DNA of 64,000 nucleotides from Escherichia phage UoN_LG358_1, in sequence record OK570374; one strand, written 5' to 3'. Shown here piece by piece: positions 57,138-64,000 of the stretch (position 1 is the stretch's first letter; each line of letters begins with the position of its first letter). Both the position numbers and the translations under genes were made by a program. The notes beneath the pieces are model-generated. The model was not told the DNA's origin. It saw only the letters and a program-made list of their open reading frames with translations, and searched no databases.

Positions 57138-57454
57138 TTAGTTAATCCTCTCATGTATTGCTCTAATAATCTATTTCGGTAATCAAAACAGATTTCAGTA
57201 TTTGGAGCTTTATCACACAGATTATTAAGTTGTTTAGTTTTACGATTTATTAAAACGTTCCACTCCGATTTTGATTTAGATGCTCTTACTCCGTCTTCAT
57301 ACGCCCCGTCCAATTGCAAGGACAAGATATCAATACATTCTGCGTTTGTAGAACAAAATGATTTAGCGATTTTAAGCGATTCCTCCATATTATCACCAGA
57401 AGCGTTTGCTCCTGATATAAGCAAAAGACTAAGCACAAGAGCGATTTTTTGCAT
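57134..57454 (-). CDS. secreted/periplasmic hypothetical protein
   Basis: 106 aa; signal peptide MQKIALVLSLLLISGANA; four cysteines. Confidence 0.45.
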   Translation of the reverse strand: MQKIALVLSLLLISGANASGDNMEESLKIAKSFCSTNAECIDILSLQLDGAYEDGVRASKSKSEWNVLINRKTKQLNNLCDKAPNTEICFDYRNRLLEQYMRGLTN

Positions 57455-58002
57455 TATTCTACCTCAATTCTCAATAGTTTATTTGACTTTAGATAATATG
57501 CTTTTTCTAGGACTTGACTAGCATATCCGTTTCCAGATTTCCAGTTGTTCCCGGCGTTGTAACTTGCAATAGCTTTTCGCATATTACCATTATATCTATT
57601 TAACCAATAAGAAAGTTCAATATATGACCATGACGCTGAATTCGAGCGTTTATTCAACATTTTAATTATTTCAGCATCAGTCATTTCCCATCCAATTTGT
57701 TTCAATCTAGCCCGCATTGTTGGAAGATAGTTTTGAAACATTCCATATGCTTGGTGACCAGATTTTCCTTTGGTTTTCAACCCAGCGGAAGATTCTTGCC
57801 AGACCAAAGCTGCCATAATATAACCTAGCCCTTTATTATCATAGCGGTTTGCTTGTGTTTTATATTTGCCATCCTTTGCAAATTGCTCTCCAAACTGATA
57901 AGCATAATTCAGATTTTCGAGTTGGACATTACTGAAGTTGTGCTCGGACCCAAAGGCCATTGAACAAAAGGCCAATAGACCTACGCATAGAGCTTTTTTC
58001 AT
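57454..58002 (-). CDS. soluble lytic transglycosylase-like protein with signal peptide (vs.1-like)
   Basis: 182 aa; signal peptide, ALVWQESS (catalytic Glu region), AYGMFQ and YNAG motifs typical of the SLT domain. Confidence 0.55.
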   Translation of the reverse strand: MKKALCVGLLAFCSMAFGSEHNFSNVQLENLNYAYQFGEQFAKDGKYKTQANRYDNKGLGYIMAALVWQESSAGLKTKGKSGHQAYGMFQNYLPTMRARLKQIGWEMTDAEIIKMLNKRSNSASWSYIELSYWLNRYNGNMRKAIASYNAGNNWKSGNGYASQVLEKAYYLKSNKLLRIEVE

Positions 58003-58020
58003 GTTTACCTCATTTAAAAC

Positions 58021-58488
58021 TTAAAGATAAATTACGTGTTTGCTAGTTTTTCCTTCGTATCTATTTGTATTAACAAAAGCCATCCGACACTGCATAGAAT
58101 AAGGAGTAGAGAAAGTTTTACCAGGAGTAGGTTTTGAAACAGTGAAACCAAGCCAAAGAGTTTTGTCAGTGATTTCAAGGCGAAGAGGTCGATACTCAAT
58201 ATTTGGGTCTAAATTTTCTTCTGCATCTGGTCGTTCCGGGAGCTCAAGAAATTCATTAACTTCGACAACATGATTTGAAAGCTTGTGAAAAAGTTCAAAA
58301 ACATAGTTCTCGTCAATTTCTCGTTGAATGGCGCGGTCCAATAAATGCTGAGAATATTTTACATGAAAACCTGGAACTCCAGCGGATTCGCATGCTGCTT
58401 TTATTTCGGAATTAATTTTAGCAAATTCCGTTTCAAAAAGACGACGAAGTTTGTTGCGGCGGATGAATACTTCTGCGTTAGTTGACAT
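58021..58488 (-). CDS. regB: endoribonuclease RegB
   Basis: 155 aa; EVFIRRNKLRRLFETEF...FHVKYSQHLLDRAIQREIDENYVFELFHK... near-identical to T4 RegB. Confidence 0.85.
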   Translation of the reverse strand: MSTNAEVFIRRNKLRRLFETEFAKINSEIKAACESAGVPGFHVKYSQHLLDRAIQREIDENYVFELFHKLSNHVVEVNEFLELPERPDAEENLDPNIEYRPLRLEITDKTLWLGFTVSKPTPGKTFSTPYSMQCRMAFVNTNRYEGKTSKHVIYL

Positions 58489-58516
58489 TTATTTCTCCTC
58501 TTTATGATATAAGATT

Positions 58517-58546
58517 ATAATAACACATCCAGAGGAGAAAGTAAAC
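58517..58546 (-). promoter_or_regulatory. T4-type early promoter upstream of regB
   Basis: GTTTAC-18-TATTAT on the minus strand. Confidence 0.4.
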
Positions 58547-58565
58547 GGTTTGTAGGCTTAATGTC

Positions 58566-58796
58566 TTAGTTGTATTTCACTTCCTCATTTGTAGCAATAT
58601 CATATTCAACTAAACGAATAGGCTCTTCCATCCCATACCCACTCATAGAGATATAAGTGGATGGATAAATTGTTTCTTTTCCGTCCCAAGTACCGCCGGA
58701 CCATGCTTCCATAAAGTCTTGTTCGCCGGAATTAACTAGCCAATCAACAAATGATTTAAGGGCCATTTCCGACCCTTCAATAACGATTTTAGCCAT
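58566..58796 (-). CDS. hypothetical protein
   Basis: 76-aa ORF in track. Confidence 0.4.
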   Translation of the reverse strand: MAKIVIEGSEMALKSFVDWLVNSGEQDFMEAWSGGTWDGKETIYPSTYISMSGYGMEEPIRLVEYDIATNEEVKYN

Positions 58797-58823
58797 GATG
58801 CTTACACCTTATAATGATAAATC

Positions 58824-59366
58824 TTATTGCATTCCTATCACAAAAAATTGCGGTCGCGCAGTTTGATTGTTTTTATAACAATCAACTCGACAACAATACT
58901 GCATGGTTTCCATATGAACATCGTAAAGCTTATCCATATCAGGAGCTTTTACAGGTTCATCAATTATATACAAGATTCTTGAAAGCGATAGACCTCGGAA
59001 TTTGTATCCTTTATTGCCTATAAAACTACGCACAGAATCAGTGAACAAGCGAAATCGGATATCATCATTAGAATAACGCGAAAATTCCTTTTTAATGTGA
59101 TTTGCGGAAAGTTCAGCGTATGCTGATTTATTGGATAAAACAATAACCGTTCCACCATCATACAGCCAATTGGCGGCGAAGTTAGTTACAGCGATTGATT
59201 TACCAGATTGGCGCCCACCGTCTAGTCGAAGAGTGCAATATTCTTTAAGCAGGGTTTCTAATGGCGGAACCCAGCCATTTTTGCAAATTTCATCTACTCT
59301 AGCATCAGAATGATGTGTAAAAGCATTCATCAGGGATAGATATGGTGCAGTTAAAAATGTTCTCAT
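58824..59366 (-). CDS. hypothetical P-loop protein
   Basis: 180 aa; DGGRQSGKS Walker-A-like and LYIIDEP Walker-B-like. Confidence 0.4.
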   Translation of the reverse strand: MRTFLTAPYLSLMNAFTHHSDARVDEICKNGWVPPLETLLKEYCTLRLDGGRQSGKSIAVTNFAANWLYDGGTVIVLSNKSAYAELSANHIKKEFSRYSNDDIRFRLFTDSVRSFIGNKGYKFRGLSLSRILYIIDEPVKAPDMDKLYDVHMETMQYCCRVDCYKNNQTARPQFFVIGMQ

Positions 59367-59542
59367 TTGTTTCTCTTAAGTTTGTGGGCCGTTCCGTGGC
59401 ACATGATTGGTCCTTCTACCGCTATGTAAACCCATTACCGCACTTGGGCTCGACCTTATTACAGGTTGGAAAAGGTTCATCACTCAGAGGACACGACGTT
59501 CATGAGGAGAGGCTGCGTTACCCTTTATTAGGCAGGAAATGT

Positions 59543-59806
59543 TTAAGCTTTACCGCCTGAAACAATTCCAAAATTATCAAAATCGTCTTCAATGTCAGAA
59601 GGGTCTACTTTTTTACCAGGTACAACATAAGCAATTTCGCGGCGTTTAGCATGAGTAACAATTTCTTTGCCTAAACCATTAAAGAAAGAATAGCCATTTC
59701 GTTTTAGAGACCCAAAGTCTTCTGCGTCACCAGTAAATGCACGCACTTTAAATGCGCCTTTTGGAGCTTTTACTGACTCATTAATAAATTCTTCGTAAGT
59801 TTTCAT
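59543..59806 (-). CDS. internal (capsid-injected) protein with capsid-targeting sequence
   Basis: 87 aa; N-terminal MKTYEEFINES matches the T4 IP capsid-targeting consensus. Confidence 0.55.
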   Translation of the reverse strand: MKTYEEFINESVKAPKGAFKVRAFTGDAEDFGSLKRNGYSFFNGLGKEIVTHAKRREIAYVVPGKKVDPSDIEDDFDNFGIVSGGKA

Positions 59807-59837
59807 TTAATTTCCTTTATGAACCAAATATTAGTAA

Positions 59838-59881
59838 TGTTCTGTAGAATAATTATAACATCATCTACAGAACATGTAAAC
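59838..59881 (-). promoter_or_regulatory. early promoter with -10 (TATAAT) in the loop of an 11-bp perfect hairpin
   Basis: Inverted repeat TGTTCTGTAGA/TCTACAGAACA with 15-nt loop; GTAAAC immediately adjacent. Confidence 0.4.
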
Positions 59882-59883
59882 AT

Positions 59884-60360
59884 TTATTTGATTGATTTAA
59901 CGTATCGAGTAACACCTTTGTCGTTAACAAACGCAATCTTACCGCGGCTGTTATACATCGTTACAGTACGCTGATAGCCATAAGTCTGTTTACCTGCCTG
60001 ATAACCAATCAAAGCGAAGTTATCTTCACCAGGCTTGTTCAGTTTAGCTTTGATACGTTCATGACCATAAGCCATTAAACTTCTCTGGTCGCCTGTGTTC
60101 AATGCTTTACGAACACTTTCATCGTCGACGGATGAAACAAAATCCTCAAATGAGCTGAACTTGGCGTGGCTCTTGTTGTAAAGTTTGCCTTCGACTACAT
60201 AGTTATAGCCCATAACATCCATATCAACTTCAGTACCATCTTCAAGTACTACAGTGATTTTCTGACCTTTCTTGTATTTCAGCAGACCATCAGTAGATTC
60301 GTTGATGATAATCTGAGAAATGACGCGGGCTTCATTGATAAAATCTTCATAAGTTTTCAT
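59884..60360 (-). CDS. internal protein with capsid-targeting sequence
   Basis: Start at ATG 60360: MKTYEDFINEA... Confidence 0.55.
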   Translation of the reverse strand: MKTYEDFINEARVISQIIINESTDGLLKYKKGQKITVVLEDGTEVDMDVMGYNYVVEGKLYNKSHAKFSSFEDFVSSVDDESVRKALNTGDQRSLMAYGHERIKAKLNKPGEDNFALIGYQAGKQTYGYQRTVTMYNSRGKIAFVNDKGVTRYVKSIK

Positions 60361-60404
60361 GTATAATTCCATTGCTGATTGACGTTAATTATTATAACTA
60401 ATTT

Positions 60405-60824
60405 TTAATTAGCATAAACGGCTTTACCGTAATATTTGTACCAGCCTAGTTTTTGAGAAATTTTCTCATCCAGACGTTGTTGACTAATTTGAATAGACCA
60501 AATAGATGGATGGTAATCATTTTTCCATTCGTTTGGAATATCATTTAAATCTTGAATTGACGTATCTTTTATATTAAATCCTCGTTTTAAACATTCGGCA
60601 ATAATTTCTTTATGTCGGTTTTTGAGAAATAAAAGTTTATCATAAAAGAACGTGACATGGCCCGACCCAAGAACAAAAGTAGAACTGATTTTAAAATCCG
60701 AAGGACGTTTGCCGGCCTTAACGTGCTTACGTACTGCTCCAAAAACACGAGGAAGTTCGCGGTACTCGGCAATTAAATGCTGATCAGCAAGTTCAGATAC
60801 TAAAGTCAAATTTATACGAGTCAT
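60405..60824 (-). CDS. denV: endonuclease V (pyrimidine-dimer DNA glycosylase)
   Basis: [35 protein letters not shown]... near-identical to T4 DenV; start at ATG 60824. Confidence 0.85.
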   Translation of the reverse strand: MTRINLTLVSELADQHLIAEYRELPRVFGAVRKHVKAGKRPSDFKISSTFVLGSGHVTFFYDKLLFLKNRHKEIIAECLKRGFNIKDTSIQDLNDIPNEWKNDYHPSIWSIQISQQRLDEKISQKLGWYKYYGKAVYAN

Positions 60825-60830
60825 ACGTTT

Positions 60831-60869
60831 CTCCTGTAGATGTTGAATATTATAAATCATCTACAGGAG
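60831..60869 (-). promoter_or_regulatory. 12-bp perfect hairpin sequestering the denV Shine-Dalgarno, with -10-like TATAAT in the loop
   Basis: CTCCTGTAGATG / CATCTACAGGAG inverted repeat; AGGAG of the 3' arm lies 6 nt upstream of the denV ATG. Confidence 0.5.
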
Positions 60870-60878
60870 AAGTAAATT

Positions 60879-61211
60879 TTATTTAAAAGCAGCTTTCAAT
60901 TCTTTGAATGCTTTAGAACTCAAAGTAAAAGATTCAGCGCCGATGCGAAAGAATGCGCTGTCATTATCTACAGCTACACCAATTTGTGTAGAACCCTCAG
61001 AGCCCTTCCACTTACCACCGTCGCGAAGGACTTTGACAATAGCTGTGGTTTGTAGTTTAGATGTCTGAAAACGTTCATTTCCAATTTGGAAGTAAACCCC
61101 ATCTTTATCAGTTACTAAAGCGAATTTAGTCGACCCTTCTGTGTCTTTAATAGTAGCTTCAGCGATCTGAGACAATAATGCCTCAGTAATAAATTCATCA
61201 TATGTTTTCAT
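60879..61211 (-). CDS. internal protein with capsid-targeting sequence
   Basis: Start at ATG 61211: [15 protein letters not shown]...; two internally similar halves. Confidence 0.55.
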   Translation of the reverse strand: MKTYDEFITEALLSQIAEATIKDTEGSTKFALVTDKDGVYFQIGNERFQTSKLQTTAIVKVLRDGGKWKGSEGSTQIGVAVDNDSAFFRIGAESFTLSSKAFKELKAAFK

Positions 61212-61698
61212 ATGCTTTCCAAGTTCCTGTTTCAAAAGTTTTAATAACGCGGCGTGCGCGATTAGTTGTTTGTCTGTACCATTTAGATTGAGCTAAATTT
61301 ACAGCAGCTCTATCCCAATCTTTAGCTTTTAATAAAGCCATAGAATTTTTAAAACCCGCTACACCAGCTACACCCATTTGAAAAACCATGTTAATCAGAG
61401 CAGCCAGACGAGGTTCATCACCAATAAAAGAATTATATACAGGTTTTAATGTAGCATTTTTAAGAATTCCAGAAACTGCAGTTTCAACATCATTCTTGAA
61501 AATAAGTTCAGCTTCTGATTGAGTAATTTTGCCAGACGTATTACGGCCAACAAGACGGTCCAACTCACTGATAGCTACGGATTTATTAGGGTTTTTAGTC
61601 AAAAGATGACCTATACCGACGGTCCAAAAACCTTCGGTATCTTTATAAATTTCAAGTTTTAAACCTTCGTCGATGCGAAGCATGTCAAAAATGTTCAT
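61198..61698 (-). CDS. e: endolysin (T4 lysozyme)
   Basis: 166 aa; [35 protein letters not shown]... near-identical to T4 lysozyme. Confidence 0.9.
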   Translation of the reverse strand: MNIFDMLRIDEGLKLEIYKDTEGFWTVGIGHLLTKNPNKSVAISELDRLVGRNTSGKITQSEAELIFKNDVETAVSGILKNATLKPVYNSFIGDEPRLAALINMVFQMGVAGVAGFKNSMALLKAKDWDRAAVNLAQSKWYRQTTNRARRVIKTFETGTWKAYENI

Positions 61699-61725
61699 AA
61701 TACCTCCCCTTTAATAGAGGTATTT
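61699..61725 (-). promoter_or_regulatory. hairpin sequestering the lysozyme SD, with late-promoter-like TAATAAATA just upstream
   Basis: AUACCUC...GAGGUAU stem places GGAGGU in the 3' arm immediately before the e ATG, as described for T4 gene e. Confidence 0.5.
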
Positions 61726-61726
61726 A

Positions 61727-62023
61727 TTAATCCCAACTTTTGACAAAAAGGTCTGTCATGAATTCTTCTAGTCGGGTTTCTACAGACGAGGAAACGTCAG
61801 ATGATGTAGAAACTAGATAACCACAGATAGGCTTAAAACTTTCTAAATTACTTTCCATTTCATATTTAATTTGCTCTTCGGACTCATTATCACCAAATGA
61901 ATAGAGATAATTATATCCATTTTTTGAATTTACATAAATTGCTACACTCATTATACCGTCCAAATTATATAGTACGTCCTTCGACGATTTTAGCGAAAGA
62001 CCAATTTTTAGTAATAAACTCAA
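61727..62023 (-). CDS. hypothetical protein
   Basis: 98-aa ORF in track (start may be internal). Confidence 0.35.
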   Translation of the reverse strand: MSLLLKIGLSLKSSKDVLYNLDGIMSVAIYVNSKNGYNYLYSFGDNESEEQIKYEMESNLESFKPICGYLVSTSSDVSSSVETRLEEFMTDLFVKSWD

Positions 62024-62165
62024 TGATTAAATTCAATTCTTTAGCTTCGACAATATCAGTTACGTGGTTTTCGTGATTTCCAGTATTCAGAACAGCACGG
62101 AAACGATCGAATTTACCAAAATCGTTAGTTACTTTATCGATAGTTACAGTGTTAAATTTAGCCAT
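61965..62165 (-). CDS. hypothetical small protein
   Basis: Start at ATG 62165; MAKFNTVTIDKV...; leader and promoter near-identical to those of the gene starting at 49676. Confidence 0.4.
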   Translation of the reverse strand: MAKFNTVTIDKVTNDFGKFDRFRAVLNTGNHENHVTDIVEAKELNLIIEFITKNWSFAKIVEGRTI

Positions 62166-62219
62166 GATTTTATTCTCCAAGTTAGTTTTTGTTTTACCAT
62201 TTATTTGGTATGAAGTAAT

Positions 62220-62341
62220 AATAACACATCCGTCCATGGATGTAAACGGTTGAAGTAAAAATTTTTGAATTCACCAGAACGGTTGAGAGATTGGATACAG
62301 AAAGGATAATAGATTATAAATCTATACAAATAAAAATGCCC
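62220..62341 (-). repeat. 122-bp tandem direct repeat, copy 1 (contains an early promoter)
   Basis: Identical to 62342..62463 by direct comparison. Confidence 0.85.
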
Positions 62342-62463
62342 AATAACACATCCGTCCATGGATGTAAACGGTTGAAGTAAAAATTTTTGAATTCACCAGA
62401 ACGGTTGAGAGATTGGATACAGAAAGGATAATAGATTATAAATCTATACAAATAAAAATGCCC
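62342..62463 (-). repeat. 122-bp tandem direct repeat, copy 2 (contains an early promoter)
   Basis: Identical to 62220..62341. Confidence 0.85.
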
Positions 62464-62480
62464 TAGAGTTAAACTAGGGC
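62452..62480 (-). terminator. putative intrinsic terminator
   Basis: GCCCTAG-AGTTAAA-CTAGGGC hairpin followed by AUUUUUAUUU in the minus orientation. Confidence 0.5.
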
Positions 62481-62488
62481 GTGAGAGA

Positions 62489-63049
62489 TTAAATCTTATA
62501 GAACCTGAACGGATTTATATGGAAAGCAAGCATTGCTCTGGGTATCGGACGGGATAATAAGCTTTTAAGTTTCCACCCACAATAAACTCGTAGGTAAAAT
62601 TGAATTTTTCCAATTCTTAGATAAGGAACAGCAGCAAAAACTCCCCAAGCGTCATCGTTCCACATAAACAGCCATCCATGATGAGCTTTATCTGGAGAAC
62701 CCGATTCTACATTAGGGTTTCCACGATAATGAAACTCAGATGTAGCGGGGCGGCCAAGGACATAATATGCAAAGTTATAAGCTTTATTTCGCCACAGCCA
62801 TGCTACGCGTTGAAAGTATTTACCTAAAACTGGAATTTTACGAATTTTCGACCAGCGTTCAATATGTCCACGGTCTCCATCAATAGGATTGTCGTATGTT
62901 TCCATCCAACGGAATCCTTTAGGTAAGTGACCAGTCTTTTCAGAATAGAATGGAACAATAAATGGAGTCAATACAACAGCTAAAACCATAGAAATGAAAT
63001 CTAGTGGAACAAGAAAAATCCATGAAGCGTATTTTAGAAATTTAGTCAT
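62489..63049 (-). CDS. hypothetical membrane protein
   Basis: 186 aa; N-terminal hydrophobic segment IFLVPLDFISMVLAVVLTPFIV. Confidence 0.45.
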   Translation of the reverse strand: MTKFLKYASWIFLVPLDFISMVLAVVLTPFIVPFYSEKTGHLPKGFRWMETYDNPIDGDRGHIERWSKIRKIPVLGKYFQRVAWLWRNKAYNFAYYVLGRPATSEFHYRGNPNVESGSPDKAHHGWLFMWNDDAWGVFAAVPYLRIGKIQFYLRVYCGWKLKSLLSRPIPRAMLAFHINPFRFYKI

Positions 63050-63176
63050 AATCTACTCTAATTAAAATATTTATTATAGCATAAAGAATTGAAATAAGGA
63101 TTCAAACCTTATAGAGTTGCACAGACTTATCTGCCTTCGAATTCCTCACTAAGTTTAAGCAACTATTCAATTAAAT

Positions 63177-63253
63177 TGGTCGAGACAGAAGGATTCTAAC
63201 CTTCAACCTACGGTTTAGAAGACCGTTGCTCTATACTATTAAGCTATGCCTCG
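63177..63253 (-). tRNA. tRNA-Arg (anticodon UCU), CCA encoded
   Basis: Hand-folded cloverleaf: acceptor CGAGGCA/TGTCTCG, D stem GCTT/GAGC, anticodon stem ACGGT/ACCGT with loop CTTCTAA, T stem GAAGG/CCTTC. Confidence 0.55.
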
Positions 63254-63819
63254 GAAATAGTTTTGCGTCTATATACTTCTCCGTCGTAATATTTATCGAC
63301 AAGACGCTTTACTTGACTGTGTGATATTTTTAATATTTTAGAGGCATCAGAAACCCACCCAAATTTAGTTTTATCCACGTCTTTTATTAAGTTTAATTGA
63401 GACGTAGATAATTCTAGACCTCTAATCTTGGCTTTAGCACTACCAGCTTTTCCTAGTTTAACACCGGCCAAATAAAGTTGTTCCTTGGTTCGAGTATCAA
63501 CTCTTTTTCCATTTGTATGGAGGTCTTTATTATTTTGGCTATTAGTAGCGCAATAAACATTTTCAATAGAATAAGGTCCAGAATCACCGATGCGACACAT
63601 ACAATATTGTTGAGCTTTATTACCGCGTTTTTCTAATTTTCCAGTTGAAATCCACCAATTAAGCCAGGACTCATATGTAAATAACCATTCTATGTTTCTA
63701 GCCTTCGCCTTTCTTCTTTGATTTTCATATTTAACTTTCATGTTTATTGCTTTCACTCGGCTATCCAATTTTAAGAAGAGTGAGAGTCTTAGTCTTGTAC
63801 GGAGTAACCTTTTATGCAT
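63244..63819 (-). CDS. hypothetical protein in tRNA cluster; possible HNH-family (HNH_3-like) homing endonuclease
   Basis: YCMCRIGDSGPYSIENVYCATNSQNN resembles an HNH_3 core with Arg in place of His; start uncertain (ATG 63819 or 63741). Confidence 0.35.
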   Translation of the reverse strand: MHKRLLRTRLRLSLFLKLDSRVKAINMKVKYENQRRKAKARNIEWLFTYESWLNWWISTGKLEKRGNKAQQYCMCRIGDSGPYSIENVYCATNSQNNKDLHTNGKRVDTRTKEQLYLAGVKLGKAGSAKAKIRGLELSTSQLNLIKDVDKTKFGWVSDASKILKISHSQVKRLVDKYYDGEVYRRKTISEA

Positions 63820-63877
63820 TGGCAGCTATCGCGCGATTCGCACTTCCGATAAATGGAGTTACCGTTACACTCTAATT

Positions 63878-63953
63878 TGGCTGGGAATACTGGGCTCGAA
63901 CCAGTGCATCCCGGAATCAAAATCCGGTGCCTTACCAACTTGGCTAATTCCCA
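63878..63953 (-). tRNA. tRNA-Gln (anticodon UUG), CCA encoded
   Basis: Reverse complement TGGGAATTAGCCAAGTTGGTAAGGCACCGGATTTTGATTCCGGGATGCACTGGTTCGAGCCCAGTATTCCCAGCCA folds as a canonical cloverleaf. Confidence 0.8.
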
Positions 63954-63959
63954 ATTATT

Positions 63960-64000
63960 TGGTGGCCCCTGCTGGACTTGAACCAGCGACCAAGCGATTA
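63960..64000 (-). tRNA. tRNA, 3' portion only (5' part beyond window); identity undetermined
   Basis: Reverse complement ends ...GCTGGTTCAAGTCCAGCAGGGGCCACCA (T arm, acceptor 3' strand, CCA). Confidence 0.5.

Noticed and set aside
59342-59560. Plus-strand 72-aa ORF across the GC-rich intergenic segment
   Set aside because: Opposite to all flanking genes, with no SD; the region is better explained as non-coding or structured RNA.
62220-62463. Tandem repeat considered as a possible CRISPR array
   Set aside because: Only two long (122-bp) identical units with no short repeat and spacer alternation; it is a tandem duplication of a promoter-bearing segment.

Overview
This window reads as the early/replication region of a T4-like (Tevenvirinae) Escherichia phage, running from rIIA (3' end off the left edge) to the start of the tRNA cluster. 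Almost every gene is on the minus strand and densely packed, often with ATGA/TAATG start-stop overlaps. All calls are by eye from translated ORFs against remembered T4 proteins; no search was run. Recognisable core genes in T4 order: rIIA, split topoisomerase II (39, HNH endonuclease, 60), dexA, dda, a ModA/ModB-like ADP-ribosyltransferase, soc, 56, 61, 41, uvsX, beta-gt, 42, imm, 43, regA, 62, 44, 45, rpbA, 46, 47, 55, nrdH/nrdG/nrdD/nrdC, rI, tk, regB, denV, internal-protein genes, lysozyme e, then tRNA-Arg and tRNA-Gln. Most striking is that gene 60 carries a translational-bypass element like T4's, but with GGT take-off and GGC landing codons and a 48-nt in-frame gap. Other points of interest are a GT-A-like glycosyltransferase next to beta-gt with no alpha-gt at its T4 position, a Pol-beta-type nucleotidyltransferase and a P-loop ATPase in an accessory island, a macro-domain protein, five to six homing-endonuclease-like ORFs, a perfect 122-bp tandem repeat, and early promoters whose -10 boxes sit in hairpin loops. 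Several T4 features (dam, segA, nrdD intron, alpha-gt) are absent from their expected positions.
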